A DNA stretch of 64,000 bases from Candidatus Fermentibacteraceae bacterium (GCA_041750285.1 JBGSZS010000018.1:32001-96000); one strand, 5' to 3'. Shown: positions 36,578 to 47,983, counted from the first letter of the stretch. Numbers and translations: made by a program. Notes: generated by a model from the letters alone, not told the origin.

Positions 36578-37375
36578 TCATTCATGGCCCGGAAGGTCGA
36601 TGGCCCCCCGGAAGATAACATTGAAGTAACCCGTGTCACGGCCTGTCCCCGTGACAATGGGAACAGGCAGTGGCTTGAAGATCATGATGCATGGATCACC
36701 GGCTTCGGGCATGGCGATGGAGGGGTCGCCACCAAGGGGCGTGTGGGTGAGCTCCCACATCACCCTTTCCTCTTCCGTGCTGTAGCCCGCGAACATCGCC
36801 TGCCTGCCGAGCGCTCCAAGTATGTCTCCAAGGCTTGTCTCGAGAAGGTTCGCGTAGAGCTGCATCTCGTTGAAGGCGTTGAAGGGCTGGATGAGGCCAA
36901 GTTGAGCGGCTGCATGTATCTCGGCAAGGGTGGGCAGTCGTGCGCCCCGGGATGAAAGGTACCACTGGGCGCCCGTCCAGGTGAAGGCGGCCGCGGGCCG
37001 GTCAAGGCAGACCGCCGGCACGGAGTACTCGGAAGTCGCAGTGGCCACGAAGGGCGTAAACGCAAGGAAGTGGCCGCTGTCGCTGTACTGGCCCGTGATG
37101 ACCGAGGCCAGCACCTGCCCGTCACGGCAGTTCTGCCCGAGCCAGGGAAGAACGTCGCGGTACGCCACCGGCAGCGAATCGATGAAGAAAGCGCCGACCT
37201 GCACGGTGTCACCCTGAACCACCACGCTCGATGCGGGCACGTATACCATCCCGGGCGGCGGCAGGGGAAGTCCGCAAACGCTGCAGCTGTTTTCGGTCTG
37301 TTCGGCGCCGCATGCTGGACACGTCCAGGCGGCAGCGGAGAAGGCCAGAATCAGAAGGGCCCGGAGGGCGTTCAA
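36578..37375 (-). CDS. exported protein with zinc ribbon and FGE-sulfatase-like fold
   Basis: Signal peptide, CPAC..CSVC, MVYVP..FFID..RLPTLAE..WE. Confidence 0.55.
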   Translation of the reverse strand: MNALRALLILAFSAAAWTCPACGAEQTENSCSVCGLPLPPPGMVYVPASSVVVQGDTVQVGAFFIDSLPVAYRDVLPWLGQNCRDGQVLASVITGQYSDSGHFLAFTPFVATATSEYSVPAVCLDRPAAAFTWTGAQWYLSSRGARLPTLAEIHAAAQLGLIQPFNAFNEMQLYANLLETSLGDILGALGRQAMFAGYSTEEERVMWELTHTPLGGDPSIAMPEAGDPCIMIFKPLPVPIVTGTGRDTGYFNVIFRGAIDLPGHE

Positions 37376-38067
37376 ACCTTTTCACCTCCCTTTGCGGCGA
37401 TCCTTCTTCCCATGTAGATGAACGGAGTGTCGAAGGCTGCCACAATGAACTTGATCACGTAAGTGGAAACCAGAACGTCAATGAATACCCGTTTTTCAAG
37501 AACTCCCCAGAAGGCGATCCCGCAGAAGATCACCGTGTCGATGAGCTGGCTGACCATGGTGGACAGGTTGTTGCGAAGCCAGAGGTGCCTGCCCTTCGAA
37601 AGCCTCCTGATGTGGTTGTAGGCCCAGACATCGTGGAACTGGCTCACAAGGTATGCGGCTATGCTCGCCAGGGCGAGACGAGGCATGAAACCGAAAAGAA
37701 GCTTCATTGCGCCGTTCACCTCCATGGCCCATGGGTCCTGCGCCGGCGAGAACAGAAGCGCCACCTGCATCACGACGGTCATCGCGATCATGCTCACAAA
37801 ACCGGCGATGACGGCCCTGCGGGCCTCGGCGGGGCCGTAAACCTCGTTCAGTAGGTCAGTGGCGAAGAAGATGACCCCGTAGAGGATGTTGCCCAGGGTG
37901 ACTGTGAAGCCGAACAGGGTCGTGAGTTTCATGACCTCGAGGTTGCACAGGATGACGGCCGACGCCACCAGGGCGATAAGCCCGGTTTTCCCGCCGGACC
38001 GGAATACCAGCAGAGTGGCCGAAAGCATGGCGAAAAGGCTGATGAACCAGAGTACTTCGTTGCCCAT
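37372..38067 (-). CDS. queuosine precursor transporter (VUT/YhhQ)
   Basis: TDLLNEVYG, ASIAAYLVSQ, RNNLSTMVSQLIDT. Confidence 0.9.
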   Translation of the reverse strand: MGNEVLWFISLFAMLSATLLVFRSGGKTGLIALVASAVILCNLEVMKLTTLFGFTVTLGNILYGVIFFATDLLNEVYGPAEARRAVIAGFVSMIAMTVVMQVALLFSPAQDPWAMEVNGAMKLLFGFMPRLALASIAAYLVSQFHDVWAYNHIRRLSKGRHLWLRNNLSTMVSQLIDTVIFCGIAFWGVLEKRVFIDVLVSTYVIKFIVAAFDTPFIYMGRRIAAKGGEKV

Positions 38068-40907
38068 CAGAACTCGGCACCGAGAGTCACATAGTGTTCG
38101 GGCTTCTCGCTCACACCGTTGAGGTCGGTTCTCCAGGCGCAGTCCCAGAGGAAGACGAACAGGCCGAGGTTGAACCTGAGGCCAAAACCGAACCCCATCT
38201 TCAGGTCGTTGAGCCTGAACCCGCCGTCGGTCCTCACTGCCCTGAAGGCGCCCACATCATCGGTGGCCCCGCCTATGTCCGTGAAGATAACCCCCCTGCC
38301 TCCGGTCACCGTCAGCGGTATCGGGGCGGCAAGGCTCAACTGGTCGACAAAGGGGTATCGGAGCTCGAGGGAGCCCAAAGCGTACCTTGTTCCGTTGTAC
38401 TCCACGTAGTCGAAGCCCCGCAGCAGGTCTGAGTAGCTCGTGTAGAACCCGAAAAGGTCCTCCACACCCTGAACGTCGCCGACGCTCCTGCGGTGTGGGA
38501 TGGCTCCGCCGAGGAAGAACCTTTGAGGGTCCTCGCCAAAGCTGGCACCGGCCGCCAGCCTGGTGGCAATGGTGACCTGGCCCGAAACCCAGGTGTAGTT
38601 CCTGATGTCGCCCTGGATGGTTGTGTAACCGGCGTTTTCCCAGAAGCCGGGGGCCCAGTCCGCCGAGAGGGACATCCTGCTTCCAACCCTGGGTCCCGTT
38701 GCCCCCCAGAGAGCGTTGTCGAGAACAAGCCTTCCGCTGAAGGCGAGTATGTTCTCGCGGAGGTTGATGTCGGTGGACCAGAGCCCCTCCCTGTCCAGCC
38801 TTCGGTACCCCACCCCAAGCGAGGCCCTGAGGGAACGGGTGAAGGGGTAACGCAGTTCCAGCCCCGTTCCTATCTCGGTGTCCCTCACGTAGTCGTTCTC
38901 TTCGCTCTGGGTGTCGGTGAACCGGTACCGTGTGGCAAGACGGTACAGCGACACGCCGTACTGAACCCTGCCCTCCATGTTGGAGTAGAAGCACCCCGCG
39001 TCGACATCGCTGACTTCACCGTTGAGATCGGCAAGGATCGCAAGCTGGTGCCTTGCGAGAATGTCGCTGAAAATGAACTGCGAGTACCCCGCAAGCCCGG
39101 CGTAGCTGTCAAAACCGGCTGTGGCACTCACGTAGTCGAGGCTCAGGCCAGGATCGTAGGGTGAGATCCGCCACGTGCCCGGGGTTGCCAGCGTTGTCTC
39201 GACGATGCCGGAGTCGGGGGGCGCGGGAACGGGAGGTGATTCGGGTTCGCTTCCGGCCCTCTGTGAAAGGTTGCGGGTCAGGAATATCCCGCCTCCGCTC
39301 CAGTCCGATGAGTAGAACATTGAAAGCCCGGTGTCGGATGCCCTGGAAAGGGCGGAGGGGGTTCTGTAGAGGTTGCTTATCCGGGTTACCTCCCCGGTTT
39401 CAGCGGACAGGAGGTGGAAATTGGCTCCGCTGCCGGTGTTCATTATGAACACAACACCCTCGGGGTACGAGACCGGGTTCCGCAGGGAGAAAGGTGTCTC
39501 GTAGAGAAGACGGGGGGATTCGCCGGGGAACACTGCGTTCAGTGTGTAGATCCTGCCGTTCTCCCTTTCTCCCACATAAAGGATGCCCTGGTCGCCCCAC
39601 CAGAGGTCGCGGGGACTGTCGCCGCCGTCCGTTATCCTTTCGACGGCTCCGGTTGCGGTGTTCCACAGGTAGATGTCCAGAACCCCTTCACTCATCGCGC
39701 TGAAGGCAACACGGCCCCCGTCCGGGGACCATGCCGGGTCGCGGACAAGCTGAAACTCTACGGGAAGGGCAAGCTCGCCGCCCCCTATGCCCCTTATCAG
39801 AAGGCCGTCGGCGTACTGGCCCTGAACCGCGACGGCCACTGAATCCGACCCCGGGGAGAAGGCGCCTGTGCGGAACATGGGTGAAGGGCTGGTCTCGTTA
39901 AGACCTGCACCGCTGACGGGTCTGAGTATCTCCCTTCCGTCGGCCGTGCTTCTGACAACCGAAGAGAACCTTCCCCTGTGAAACTCCACGCCCGATGTCA
40001 TGGCCCCGTCGGGGGAGATCACCGGCTCTGCGAGGACCACTCTCCTGCGGCCCCTGCTTCCGTCACGGATTATGGGGGTTCCGATGTCGGAGGGGCTCTC
40101 TCCTTCGGAAACGGGAGCCCAGTAGGTTTCGCGGGCCCATTCGATGAACCGTTCGCTGAACTGCTCGACCGACATGTCGAAGGCGGCCCTGACGGCCCCC
40201 TGAAGGCCGTCGTTGTCCCTCAGGTGTCTTACGAAATCGATGTAACGGTCTTCGCCGTACCTGTCAACCATGAACTTGTAGATGGCCTGACCCTGCCGGT
40301 AGACAAGGTAGTCGCTTCGCACGGAGAGCTGCTGGATGGGGACGATCTGGTTCGCTATGACCATGTCGCGGAACTCGGACTCGCTGTCGATGTCCCACCC
40401 CTGAGACGTGTATTCCGCAAGCCCCTCGAGGGTCCAGAGAGGGGCCTTGCTCCGGACTATCCCATACAGGCTGCGGTCGTAAAGCATGTCGTACACGAAG
40501 GCGTGGTTGATCTCGTGTTCCAGCACATGGCGGTACTCGCTGTACACACCAGCGTAGGGAACGACGACCCTGCCCTTGAAGAACTCGGTGAAACCGCCGA
40601 CCCCCTCGCCGATCTCGCCGCTGATGACCGAGGTCTGGCGGAACCTTCCCGGCGACCTGTAAACGATGACAGGGATGGGCTCGGAGGGCAGGTACTCGAA
40701 AGTCGATGAAAGGGCCTGCATTGACCTTTCGCCGATGACGACGGTGCTCTCCGCGACCTGCTCGGTTCCCTCTTCGTAGTAGACGGTGAACCTGCTTGAA
40801 TGAAGCTCCCACCAGGGGTTGTCGTGTGTGAAGACCCTGTTCCTGCCGTAACCGGTCGCAAGGGCCGTGGAAGCCAGAAGCAAAGGAAGAACGCATCTTG
40901 CAGCCAT
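38067..40907 (-). CDS. Omp85/BamA-TamA family protein with peptidase-MA-like and PD40 propeller domains
   Basis: HEINH...EGLAEY, PAWSPDG, LRGF loop motif, C-terminal F. Confidence 0.82.
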   Translation of the reverse strand: MAARCVLPLLLASTALATGYGRNRVFTHDNPWWELHSSRFTVYYEEGTEQVAESTVVIGERSMQALSSTFEYLPSEPIPVIVYRSPGRFRQTSVISGEIGEGVGGFTEFFKGRVVVPYAGVYSEYRHVLEHEINHAFVYDMLYDRSLYGIVRSKAPLWTLEGLAEYTSQGWDIDSESEFRDMVIANQIVPIQQLSVRSDYLVYRQGQAIYKFMVDRYGEDRYIDFVRHLRDNDGLQGAVRAAFDMSVEQFSERFIEWARETYWAPVSEGESPSDIGTPIIRDGSRGRRRVVLAEPVISPDGAMTSGVEFHRGRFSSVVRSTADGREILRPVSGAGLNETSPSPMFRTGAFSPGSDSVAVAVQGQYADGLLIRGIGGGELALPVEFQLVRDPAWSPDGGRVAFSAMSEGVLDIYLWNTATGAVERITDGGDSPRDLWWGDQGILYVGERENGRIYTLNAVFPGESPRLLYETPFSLRNPVSYPEGVVFIMNTGSGANFHLLSAETGEVTRISNLYRTPSALSRASDTGLSMFYSSDWSGGGIFLTRNLSQRAGSEPESPPVPAPPDSGIVETTLATPGTWRISPYDPGLSLDYVSATAGFDSYAGLAGYSQFIFSDILARHQLAILADLNGEVSDVDAGCFYSNMEGRVQYGVSLYRLATRYRFTDTQSEENDYVRDTEIGTGLELRYPFTRSLRASLGVGYRRLDREGLWSTDINLRENILAFSGRLVLDNALWGATGPRVGSRMSLSADWAPGFWENAGYTTIQGDIRNYTWVSGQVTIATRLAAGASFGEDPQRFFLGGAIPHRRSVGDVQGVEDLFGFYTSYSDLLRGFDYVEYNGTRYALGSLELRYPFVDQLSLAAPIPLTVTGGRGVIFTDIGGATDDVGAFRAVRTDGGFRLNDLKMGFGFGLRFNLGLFVFLWDCAWRTDLNGVSEKPEHYVTLGAEF

Positions 40908-40959
40908 TCGGCCCCCCTATATTGTGATTGCCGCAACAAACAACTATAGTGCCAGTGGA

Positions 40960-41304
40960 ATGAAAGCCGCAACAATCACCGTCTGGACGACTCTCACCCT
41001 GCTTCTATCCGCTTCGGGATGCGGGGGTTCCCCCCGTTCGAACGCGGAGCTTTCCCGGACTGAACGGGTGCTTCTCGAGGAAACCGGAGGCATTCTTGCC
41101 AGGAACCTGGCGTTCCCGCCGGGAAGCGCCAACTGGCGGGAAGCCCCTTCGGAATCTGTCGCAACGGCAGTCACGGGAATCGCTGACCGGGTCCCCTCGG
41201 CCTGGACGGTTCTCTTCCGCTCGGCGTCCGACACCCTTGCAAGGCTCGAATCGCCCTATCAGGGCATTGGCTACGGTGACACCCCGGGGCAGGGTTCAAG
41301 GTGA
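40960..41304 (+). CDS. putative lipoprotein
   Basis: Hydrophobic N-terminus ending ASGC. Confidence 0.5.
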   Translation: MKAATITVWTTLTLLLSASGCGGSPRSNAELSRTERVLLEETGGILARNLAFPPGSANWREAPSESVATAVTGIADRVPSAWTVLFRSASDTLARLESPYQGIGYGDTPGQGSR

Positions 41305-41349
41305 TGAACCACTCGTTTCACAGGGGATGAATCAGTAAGTATTGCCCGT

Positions 41350-42597
41350 TCAGACGCGGGTGACGACACGGGCGACGTCGCGCCAGATGACTGCGGCGAA
41401 AAGGAGAAGGAGCATGAAGAAGCCGATCTGCTGGGCGAGCTGGATGTGCTTCTTCGATGCCGGGCGGCGTCTGATGCCTTCGTAGAGAAGGATGAGGAAC
41501 TGGCCGCCGTCGAGGATGGGTACGGGCAGAAGGTTGAACCCCATGATGGCGAGCGAGAGGTAGGAAACAGTTTCAAGAAGGCGGGCAAGGCCGAATGAAG
41601 CCTGCTGACCCAGGGTTTCCGCAACGAAGACTGGTCCGCCCGACATCTCGACGAGCTGAACGGGTTTGAGGATCATGGCCGCGATCCCTGTGAAGAACGC
41701 TCCCGCTCCCTCGATGGAGGCGGCCACGCTGACAAGAAAGGCCCTGCCGATGGAAAGCCTCACGACGCGAGTTCTGGTGAGGGGGGTCACACCGATCAGC
41801 TTCCTTCCCTGGTAGTCCAGTGGTTCGACGAAGATCGTGTCGGTAACGCCGTCGCGAACGAAGACCAGTTCGAGGAACCTCCCCTGAAAACCGGCCACGG
41901 CGCTCTGAAGGTCGCTGAAAGCAGCGAGTGGAATGCCGTCGGCCGTTACAACGCTGTCTCCCGTGCGAAGGCCGGCCTCGTAGGCCGGAAGCCCTACCGA
42001 AGCCTCTCCGATGACGGTCGAAAGCAGGGGGGTGAAGCCGGGAGCCGAGTCGGGATCGAGTGAATAGGGAACCTCAAGGGCTCCGACGGCTGCCCTGCGG
42101 ATCGTGAACACGCCCTCGGGTATCCGCTGGGTCTTCTGGAAGACCTGGTCCCAGCTCTGGACAGCCTCGCCGTTCACGGCCGTCACCAGATCGCCCCTGG
42201 AAAGCCCGGGCACACCGAACGGGTCGTCCACCACAGGTTCGGAATCGGGTACTCCCGTTCCAATGACGCCAAGGACCGCGAAGATCAGCAGGAAGGCAAG
42301 GCACAGGTTCATTGCCGGCCCGGCAAGGACCACGAGGGCGCGTTTCCACCATGGCGGTCTGATGCCGTCGGTGTCGTTGCCGGAGGTTCCCAGGTCGACC
42401 TTGACGAAGCCGCCCAGGGGGATGGCCCCTATGCAGTATTCGGTCCCGCCCCGCCTGACCCGGACGAGCAGCGGGGGAAACCCCATTGAAAACCTTTCAA
42501 CTGGAAGCCCGACCGCCTTCGCCATGAGAAAATGGCCAAGCTCGTGGAAGAAAACGATTATTCCCAGCCCGAACACGACGGCAAGAGCGCTGCTCAC
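41350..42597 (-). CDS. rseP: RIP metalloprotease RseP
   Basis: HELGH, AGPAMN, two PDZ domains, NLLPVPILDGG. Confidence 0.95.
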   Translation of the reverse strand: MSSALAVVFGLGIIVFFHELGHFLMAKAVGLPVERFSMGFPPLLVRVRRGGTEYCIGAIPLGGFVKVDLGTSGNDTDGIRPPWWKRALVVLAGPAMNLCLAFLLIFAVLGVIGTGVPDSEPVVDDPFGVPGLSRGDLVTAVNGEAVQSWDQVFQKTQRIPEGVFTIRRAAVGALEVPYSLDPDSAPGFTPLLSTVIGEASVGLPAYEAGLRTGDSVVTADGIPLAAFSDLQSAVAGFQGRFLELVFVRDGVTDTIFVEPLDYQGRKLIGVTPLTRTRVVRLSIGRAFLVSVAASIEGAGAFFTGIAAMILKPVQLVEMSGGPVFVAETLGQQASFGLARLLETVSYLSLAIMGFNLLPVPILDGGQFLILLYEGIRRRPASKKHIQLAQQIGFFMLLLLFAAVIWRDVARVVTRV

Positions 42598-43706
42598 ATC
42601 TCCTCCATGACATCCCGCGCCAGTTGCCTGGCATGGGAATCGGCCTTTTCCAGAACGTCAAATCCTGTGACAGGAACGGCGTCGAACCTTGAAAGGACCC
42701 CTGAGATCACTTCGGATACGGCACCGAAGGGGATCCGCCTCGAGAGGAAAGCCCTCACCGCCTCCTCGTCAGCGGCGTTGGCTGCCGCCGGGGCCGTTCC
42801 ACCGGTATCATAAGCAGCCAGGACGGCGGCGTACGCAGGGTATCTCCCGGGGTCAACCGGACGGAAATGAAGGGCGCCCCACCCGAGGGGGTGGTCACCG
42901 CAACGGGTTTCGGGAATGTCGAGCGCAGGCCAGTGGAGGGCGTAGGAAATGGGAAGGCCCATGTCCGGAGTGCCCATCAGTGCCTTCCATGCGCCGTCGG
43001 CGGTCTCGACCAGGGAGTGGACGATGCTTTCGGGATGAACCACCACCTCGACGGGAATGCCCGGGAAAAGGCGCCTTGCTTCGATAACCTCGAAAGCCTT
43101 GTTCACCATTGACGCCGAGTCGACGGTTATCCTTGAGCCCATGCTCCAGTTCGGGTGGGAGAGGACACGCTCGACCGAAGCCGTGGCCAACTCGCACGCC
43201 GGCATGTCGCGAAGGGCGCCTCCGCTTGCAGTAAGAACGATGCGTGCGGGTGGTCTGTGCTCGCCGGCGAGACAGCGGAAGATCGTGCTGTGCTCGCTGT
43301 CGACCGGTATGACCAGCCCCTTCCCGAGGTGCTGAAGCAGAAGGTCCCCGCCCACAACCAGGCTCTCCTTGTTGGCCAGGGCCAGGGGGATTCCCGCTTC
43401 CTGCGCGAGAAGGCTTGCCTCGAGCCCCGCGCTGCCCACTATGGCGTTGAGAACCATGTCGGCACCCCCGATCAGCCCTGCAAGGTGTTCCCTGCCCACG
43501 AGAAGGCCTGTTCCATCAGCCCCTGCGGGGAGTGTGGCAATGCCCGCCAGGGCGGGATCGTACCGCTCCACCTGCTCCCTGAGGATGGAAAGCGATGAAC
43601 CGCAGTAAACCGAGTGGAGAACCAGCGAGGGGCTTTTTTCGATCACTGCAAGGGCCTGCACTCCAATGGAGCCCGTGGAACCCAGCACCGCGACCCGCCT
43701 CTTCAC
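42594..43706 (-). CDS. dxr: 1-deoxy-D-xylulose-5-phosphate reductoisomerase
   Basis: LGSTGSIG, LANKES, PVDSEH, HPNWSMG; GTG start 43706. Confidence 0.95.
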   Translation of the reverse strand: MKRRVAVLGSTGSIGVQALAVIEKSPSLVLHSVYCGSSLSILREQVERYDPALAGIATLPAGADGTGLLVGREHLAGLIGGADMVLNAIVGSAGLEASLLAQEAGIPLALANKESLVVGGDLLLQHLGKGLVIPVDSEHSTIFRCLAGEHRPPARIVLTASGGALRDMPACELATASVERVLSHPNWSMGSRITVDSASMVNKAFEVIEARRLFPGIPVEVVVHPESIVHSLVETADGAWKALMGTPDMGLPISYALHWPALDIPETRCGDHPLGWGALHFRPVDPGRYPAYAAVLAAYDTGGTAPAAANAADEEAVRAFLSRRIPFGAVSEVISGVLSRFDAVPVTGFDVLEKADSHARQLARDVMEEM

Positions 43707-43710
43707 TCTC

Positions 43711-44511
43711 TCACCCCATCCCCAGAAGCCCGTAGAGCACCAGGGCGACCGGGGCAGCGGCAACGACGCTGTCGAACCTGTCGAGGATGCCGCCATGATC
43801 GGCCAGGAACCGGCCCGAATCCTTTATGCCCGCATCACGCTTCACCGCGCTCTCGAAGAAGTCGCCGATCACTCCGGCCACTCCGCACAACAGACCCACG
43901 AGAAGAAGATGTGCAAGGGGTGCGGTACCGCGGCCCAGAACTGCCACCGATGCCATTGAACCCGCAATGCCCGCTGTGAAACCCTCCCAGGATTTCGCCG
44001 GGCTGACGAGTGGCAGCATCTTGTGCCTTCCCCAGCGGCACCCCGCGAAGTAGGCGAAGCTGTCGCCCACCCAGCAGGAAACCAGCGGGATCAGAACCGG
44101 CGCGCGGTCGGTCCACCCCAGAGACAGTCTGGCAAGGACTCCAAACCCCAGTGTGTAGTATGCCGTCAGGGCCATCACGCCAAGCATCCCCGCGCGGGCG
44201 CCCTCGGGAGTCCGCCGCGAGATCCACCACATGGCGTGAACGGCGCCCGGAAGCATGAGGGCCTGCATGGCGTACTGCGACCCGACGCCTGTCAGCAGTG
44301 TGGACAGGGCGGCGGCTGACCCCACCATGAACCGGAGGGGAATGGGTGTGGAAACCACGCAGAGAGTCACTGCCTCGTAAGCCGCAAGACCTGCGAGAAG
44401 GGCGAAAAGCGCAAGGGAGGCAGTGGGGCCGCCCCAGAGAATGACGGCCAGAAAGGCGGCGAGTCCTGGAACGGCCACGAGTATCCGCCCCCTGAGGCCG
44501 GGAAACGGCAT
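43711..44511 (-). CDS. cdsA: phosphatidate cytidylyltransferase
   Basis: SPAKSWEG, KRDAGIKDSG, HGGILDRFDS. Confidence 0.95.
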   Translation of the reverse strand: MPFPGLRGRILVAVPGLAAFLAVILWGGPTASLALFALLAGLAAYEAVTLCVVSTPIPLRFMVGSAAALSTLLTGVGSQYAMQALMLPGAVHAMWWISRRTPEGARAGMLGVMALTAYYTLGFGVLARLSLGWTDRAPVLIPLVSCWVGDSFAYFAGCRWGRHKMLPLVSPAKSWEGFTAGIAGSMASVAVLGRGTAPLAHLLLVGLLCGVAGVIGDFFESAVKRDAGIKDSGRFLADHGGILDRFDSVVAAAPVALVLYGLLGMG

Positions 44512-45218
44512 CAGTCGGTCAGGCCGCCGTACCGGCGGCCCCTTCCCGAATAGTCCTCGAGGGCGGCCCTGAAGTGCTCCCTGTCAAAGTCCGGCCACAG
44601 GACCGGAGTGAAGTAGAGTTCGCTGTAGGCGGACTGCCAGAGCAGGAAGTTCGAGAGCCTCTGTTCCCCCGAGGTGCGGATTATCAGGTCGGGGTCGGGA
44701 ATGTCGGGGTTGTAAAGGAAAGCCCCTATCGTGTCCTCGGTGATGTCTTCAGGAGAGACTGCGCCGTCACGGACCTGCGCGGCGAGCTTCCTGACCGAGT
44801 CCAGTATCTCGGCCCTGCCGCCGTAGCTGAGGGCGAGGACCAGAACGAGCCCCGTGTTTTCGGCGGTCTTCTCCATGGCTTTGGTGAGATCGGCCCGCTG
44901 CTTTTTCGGAAGGTCGTCGAACCTGCCGGTGACACGGAGCCTGACCTGCTTGCGGTGAAGCTCTTCGATGTTGTTCTGTATGAACCGCGACAATAGCTTC
45001 ATCAGAAAGGCGACCTCGAGCCTCGGGCGGCTCCAGTTCTCTGTGGAGAAGGCGTAAAGGGTGAGGAACCTTATCCCGGTTTCGCCGCAGAACTCGACGG
45101 CGGTGTGAATGGCCCTTTCCGCTGCGGAATGGCCGTCGGTGCGTGGAAGACCCCTCTTCTTTGCCCAACGGCCGTTACCGTCCATGATTATGGCAACATG
45201 GGACGGAACGGCAGCCAT
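44511..45218 (-). CDS. uppS: undecaprenyl diphosphate synthase
   Basis: IMDGNGRWA, FSTENW, RTSGEQRLSNF. Confidence 0.97.
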   Translation of the reverse strand: MAAVPSHVAIIMDGNGRWAKKRGLPRTDGHSAAERAIHTAVEFCGETGIRFLTLYAFSTENWSRPRLEVAFLMKLLSRFIQNNIEELHRKQVRLRVTGRFDDLPKKQRADLTKAMEKTAENTGLVLVLALSYGGRAEILDSVRKLAAQVRDGAVSPEDITEDTIGAFLYNPDIPDPDLIIRTSGEQRLSNFLLWQSAYSELYFTPVLWPDFDREHFRAALEDYSGRGRRYGGLTD

Positions 45219-45778
45219 CAGACCTCCAGGATCTCTTTTTCCTTTGCCTTGAGCAGTTTGTCTATCTCGAGGCCGGCCTCGTCAACGGCTTTCTGGACAA
45301 GGTCCTGTGTTTTCTTCTCGGCGTCTTCGGTTATCTCGCCGGCCTTGCAGGCCTTCTTGAGCTGGTCGTTGGCGTCCCTGCGGACGTTGCGAAGGGAGGT
45401 GCGGCCCTCTTCCGCCAGTTTTTTCACGAGTTTTATCAGGTCCTTCCGGCGCTCTTCGGAAAGCTTTGGCACCGGAATGCGGATAACCGGGCCGTCGATG
45501 GTTGCCCTGAGCCCCAGGTCGCTTGCTTCGATGGCCCTTGCGATGGCGGGCGCCGTGGACTGGTCCCAGGGCTGGACCACGATCAGCCTGGGTTCGGGCG
45601 CACTGATTCCCGCGACCTGTTTGATTGGCATGGCATCGCCCCAGCACTCGACCCTTATGTTGTCGAGGAGGGCCGGGCTGGCCTTTCCCGTCCGTATCAC
45701 GGACATCTCACGGGATGTGTTCTGAACTGTCTTCGAAGACTTCTCACGCACTTCGGAGAGTATGGTTTCCTGCATCAC
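45218..45778 (-). CDS. frr: ribosome recycling factor
   Basis: IRTGKA, PKLSEERRK, RNVRRDAN. Confidence 0.97.
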   Translation of the reverse strand: MMQETILSEVREKSSKTVQNTSREMSVIRTGKASPALLDNIRVECWGDAMPIKQVAGISAPEPRLIVVQPWDQSTAPAIARAIEASDLGLRATIDGPVIRIPVPKLSEERRKDLIKLVKKLAEEGRTSLRNVRRDANDQLKKACKAGEITEDAEKKTQDLVQKAVDEAGLEIDKLLKAKEKEILEV

Positions 45779-46497
45779 GATTCCTCCACGACCGTTGCCG
45801 GAAGCTCGCCCCTCAGCACCCGGCTGAAGTTGCCGGTTCCGGTCAGGTCAAACACGGCGATCCTTATACCTGCGTCGCGGCAGACCGCCACTGCGGCGGC
45901 ATCCATGAAACCAAGCCCCATGGAGAGGACCTGGTCGTAGCCCAGCCGTTCAAAACGCCTGGCACCGGGGTGAAGCTTCGGATCCCTGTCGTAGATCCCG
46001 TCGACCTTCGTGCCCTTGTAAAGGGTCGTGCACCCTGTCTGGGCGGCCCTGAGAGCGGCGGCGGTGTCGGTGCTCAGGTGCGGGTTCCCGGTTCCCCCGG
46101 CAAAGAAGATGATCTCGCCCCTTCCGAAAAGCTCTGCGGCCTTTCTGGGGGAGAAGGTCTCCACCCCCGCTTCGGGAAAGGGAAAGGCGCTGAAGACTGT
46201 TGAACGCCCGCCGGCCCTGATGACGGCATCGGACAGGGCAAGCGAATTCATGACGGTGGCCAGCATGCCCATGTAATCGGCCGTTGTCCGGGTGATGCCG
46301 CCCGTGTCACGCCCCCTGAGGAAGTTGCCTCCCCCGGCGACGACACCGGGCTGATACCCCTGGGACGACAGTGCGATGAGTTCGGAGGCAAGCTCGGACA
46401 CCCTGGACGGATCGATGCCGTGACCCAAGCCCCCCGCGAGCACTTCGCCGCTGAGCTTGAGCAGGAACCTCTCCCGCGGGCGGGGGCCTTCCTCCAT
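45775..46497 (-). CDS. pyrH: UMP kinase
   Basis: LLKLSGE, GGGNFLRG, GTGNP, KVDGIY. Confidence 0.97.
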   Translation of the reverse strand: MEEGPRPRERFLLKLSGEVLAGGLGHGIDPSRVSELASELIALSSQGYQPGVVAGGGNFLRGRDTGGITRTTADYMGMLATVMNSLALSDAVIRAGGRSTVFSAFPFPEAGVETFSPRKAAELFGRGEIIFFAGGTGNPHLSTDTAAALRAAQTGCTTLYKGTKVDGIYDRDPKLHPGARRFERLGYDQVLSMGLGFMDAAAVAVCRDAGIRIAVFDLTGTGNFSRVLRGELPATVVEES

Positions 46498-46498
46498 C

Positions 46499-47094
<596 letters not shown>

Positions 47095-47098
<4 letters not shown>

Positions 47099-47895
47099 TC
47101 CTTCTCTTCGATGACCGGTTCGACCGTCTCGACCGCCTCTTCGGCAGCCTGTTGCCTGTCTTCGCCCTCAACGGAGGTCATGGCCGGTTTCTCGTCAACT
47201 TCCCTCGGGTTCCTGCCCTCGGCGCCAAGCAGGGCCGAGTCTGCCAGCGTTCCGATGATCATGGATATGGACTTGATGGCGTCGTCGTTTCCGGGGATCG
47301 GGTAGTCGACCTCGCCGGGATCGCAGTTCGTGTCGACCACTCCGATGCACGGGATGCCAAGTCTTTTGGCTTCCTGTACGGCGATGGCCTCCTTCTTGAT
47401 GTCCACCACTATCACAACTCCGGGAAGACCCTTCATGTGACGTATGCCCCTGAGATACTTCTCGATCCTCTCGCGCTCACGGGTCTTCTGAAGGATCTCG
47501 CGCTTCTTGAGACCCCTGGGAAAACCTTCATGCTCCTCCTTCTCGAGTTCGTTGAGACGAAGGATGCTGCGGTACACGGTCTTGAAGTTGGTGAGCGTGC
47601 CGCCCAGCCAGCGCTCGGTCATGAAGTACTGCCCGCAACGTTCGGCGTGACCCTCGACACACTCGCGGCCCTGCTTCTTGGTGGCCACGAAGAGAACGTC
47701 CTTCCCCTGGGCCACGGTTCTGGAAACCAGGTTCACCGCGTCTTCGAGAGCCTTCTGGGTCTTTTTGAGGTCGATGATATGTATGCCGTTACGGGACATG
47801 AAGATGTAGTTCTTCATGGCGGGGTTCCAGCGTTTGTCCTGGTGGCCGAAGTGAACCCCTGCTTCCAGCATCTGCTGAATCGATGGAATCTGCAT
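47095..47895 (-). CDS. rpsB: 30S ribosomal protein S2
   Basis: [23 protein letters not shown]. Confidence 0.98.
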
Positions 47896-47910
47896 TTTGA
47901 GTCTGTCCTT

Positions 47911-47983
47911 TCGGTTTCACCACCGGTGGAAGCGGGCGCCAATCCTTCGAGGGACACCGGGCGCCCGCAAAAACCCACCGTGA
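47911..47983 (-). promoter_or_regulatory. structured rpsB leader (putative S2 autoregulatory element)
   Basis: CGGTGG/CCACCG and GCGGGCGCC/GGCGCCCGC stems in the 5' UTR. Confidence 0.5.
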
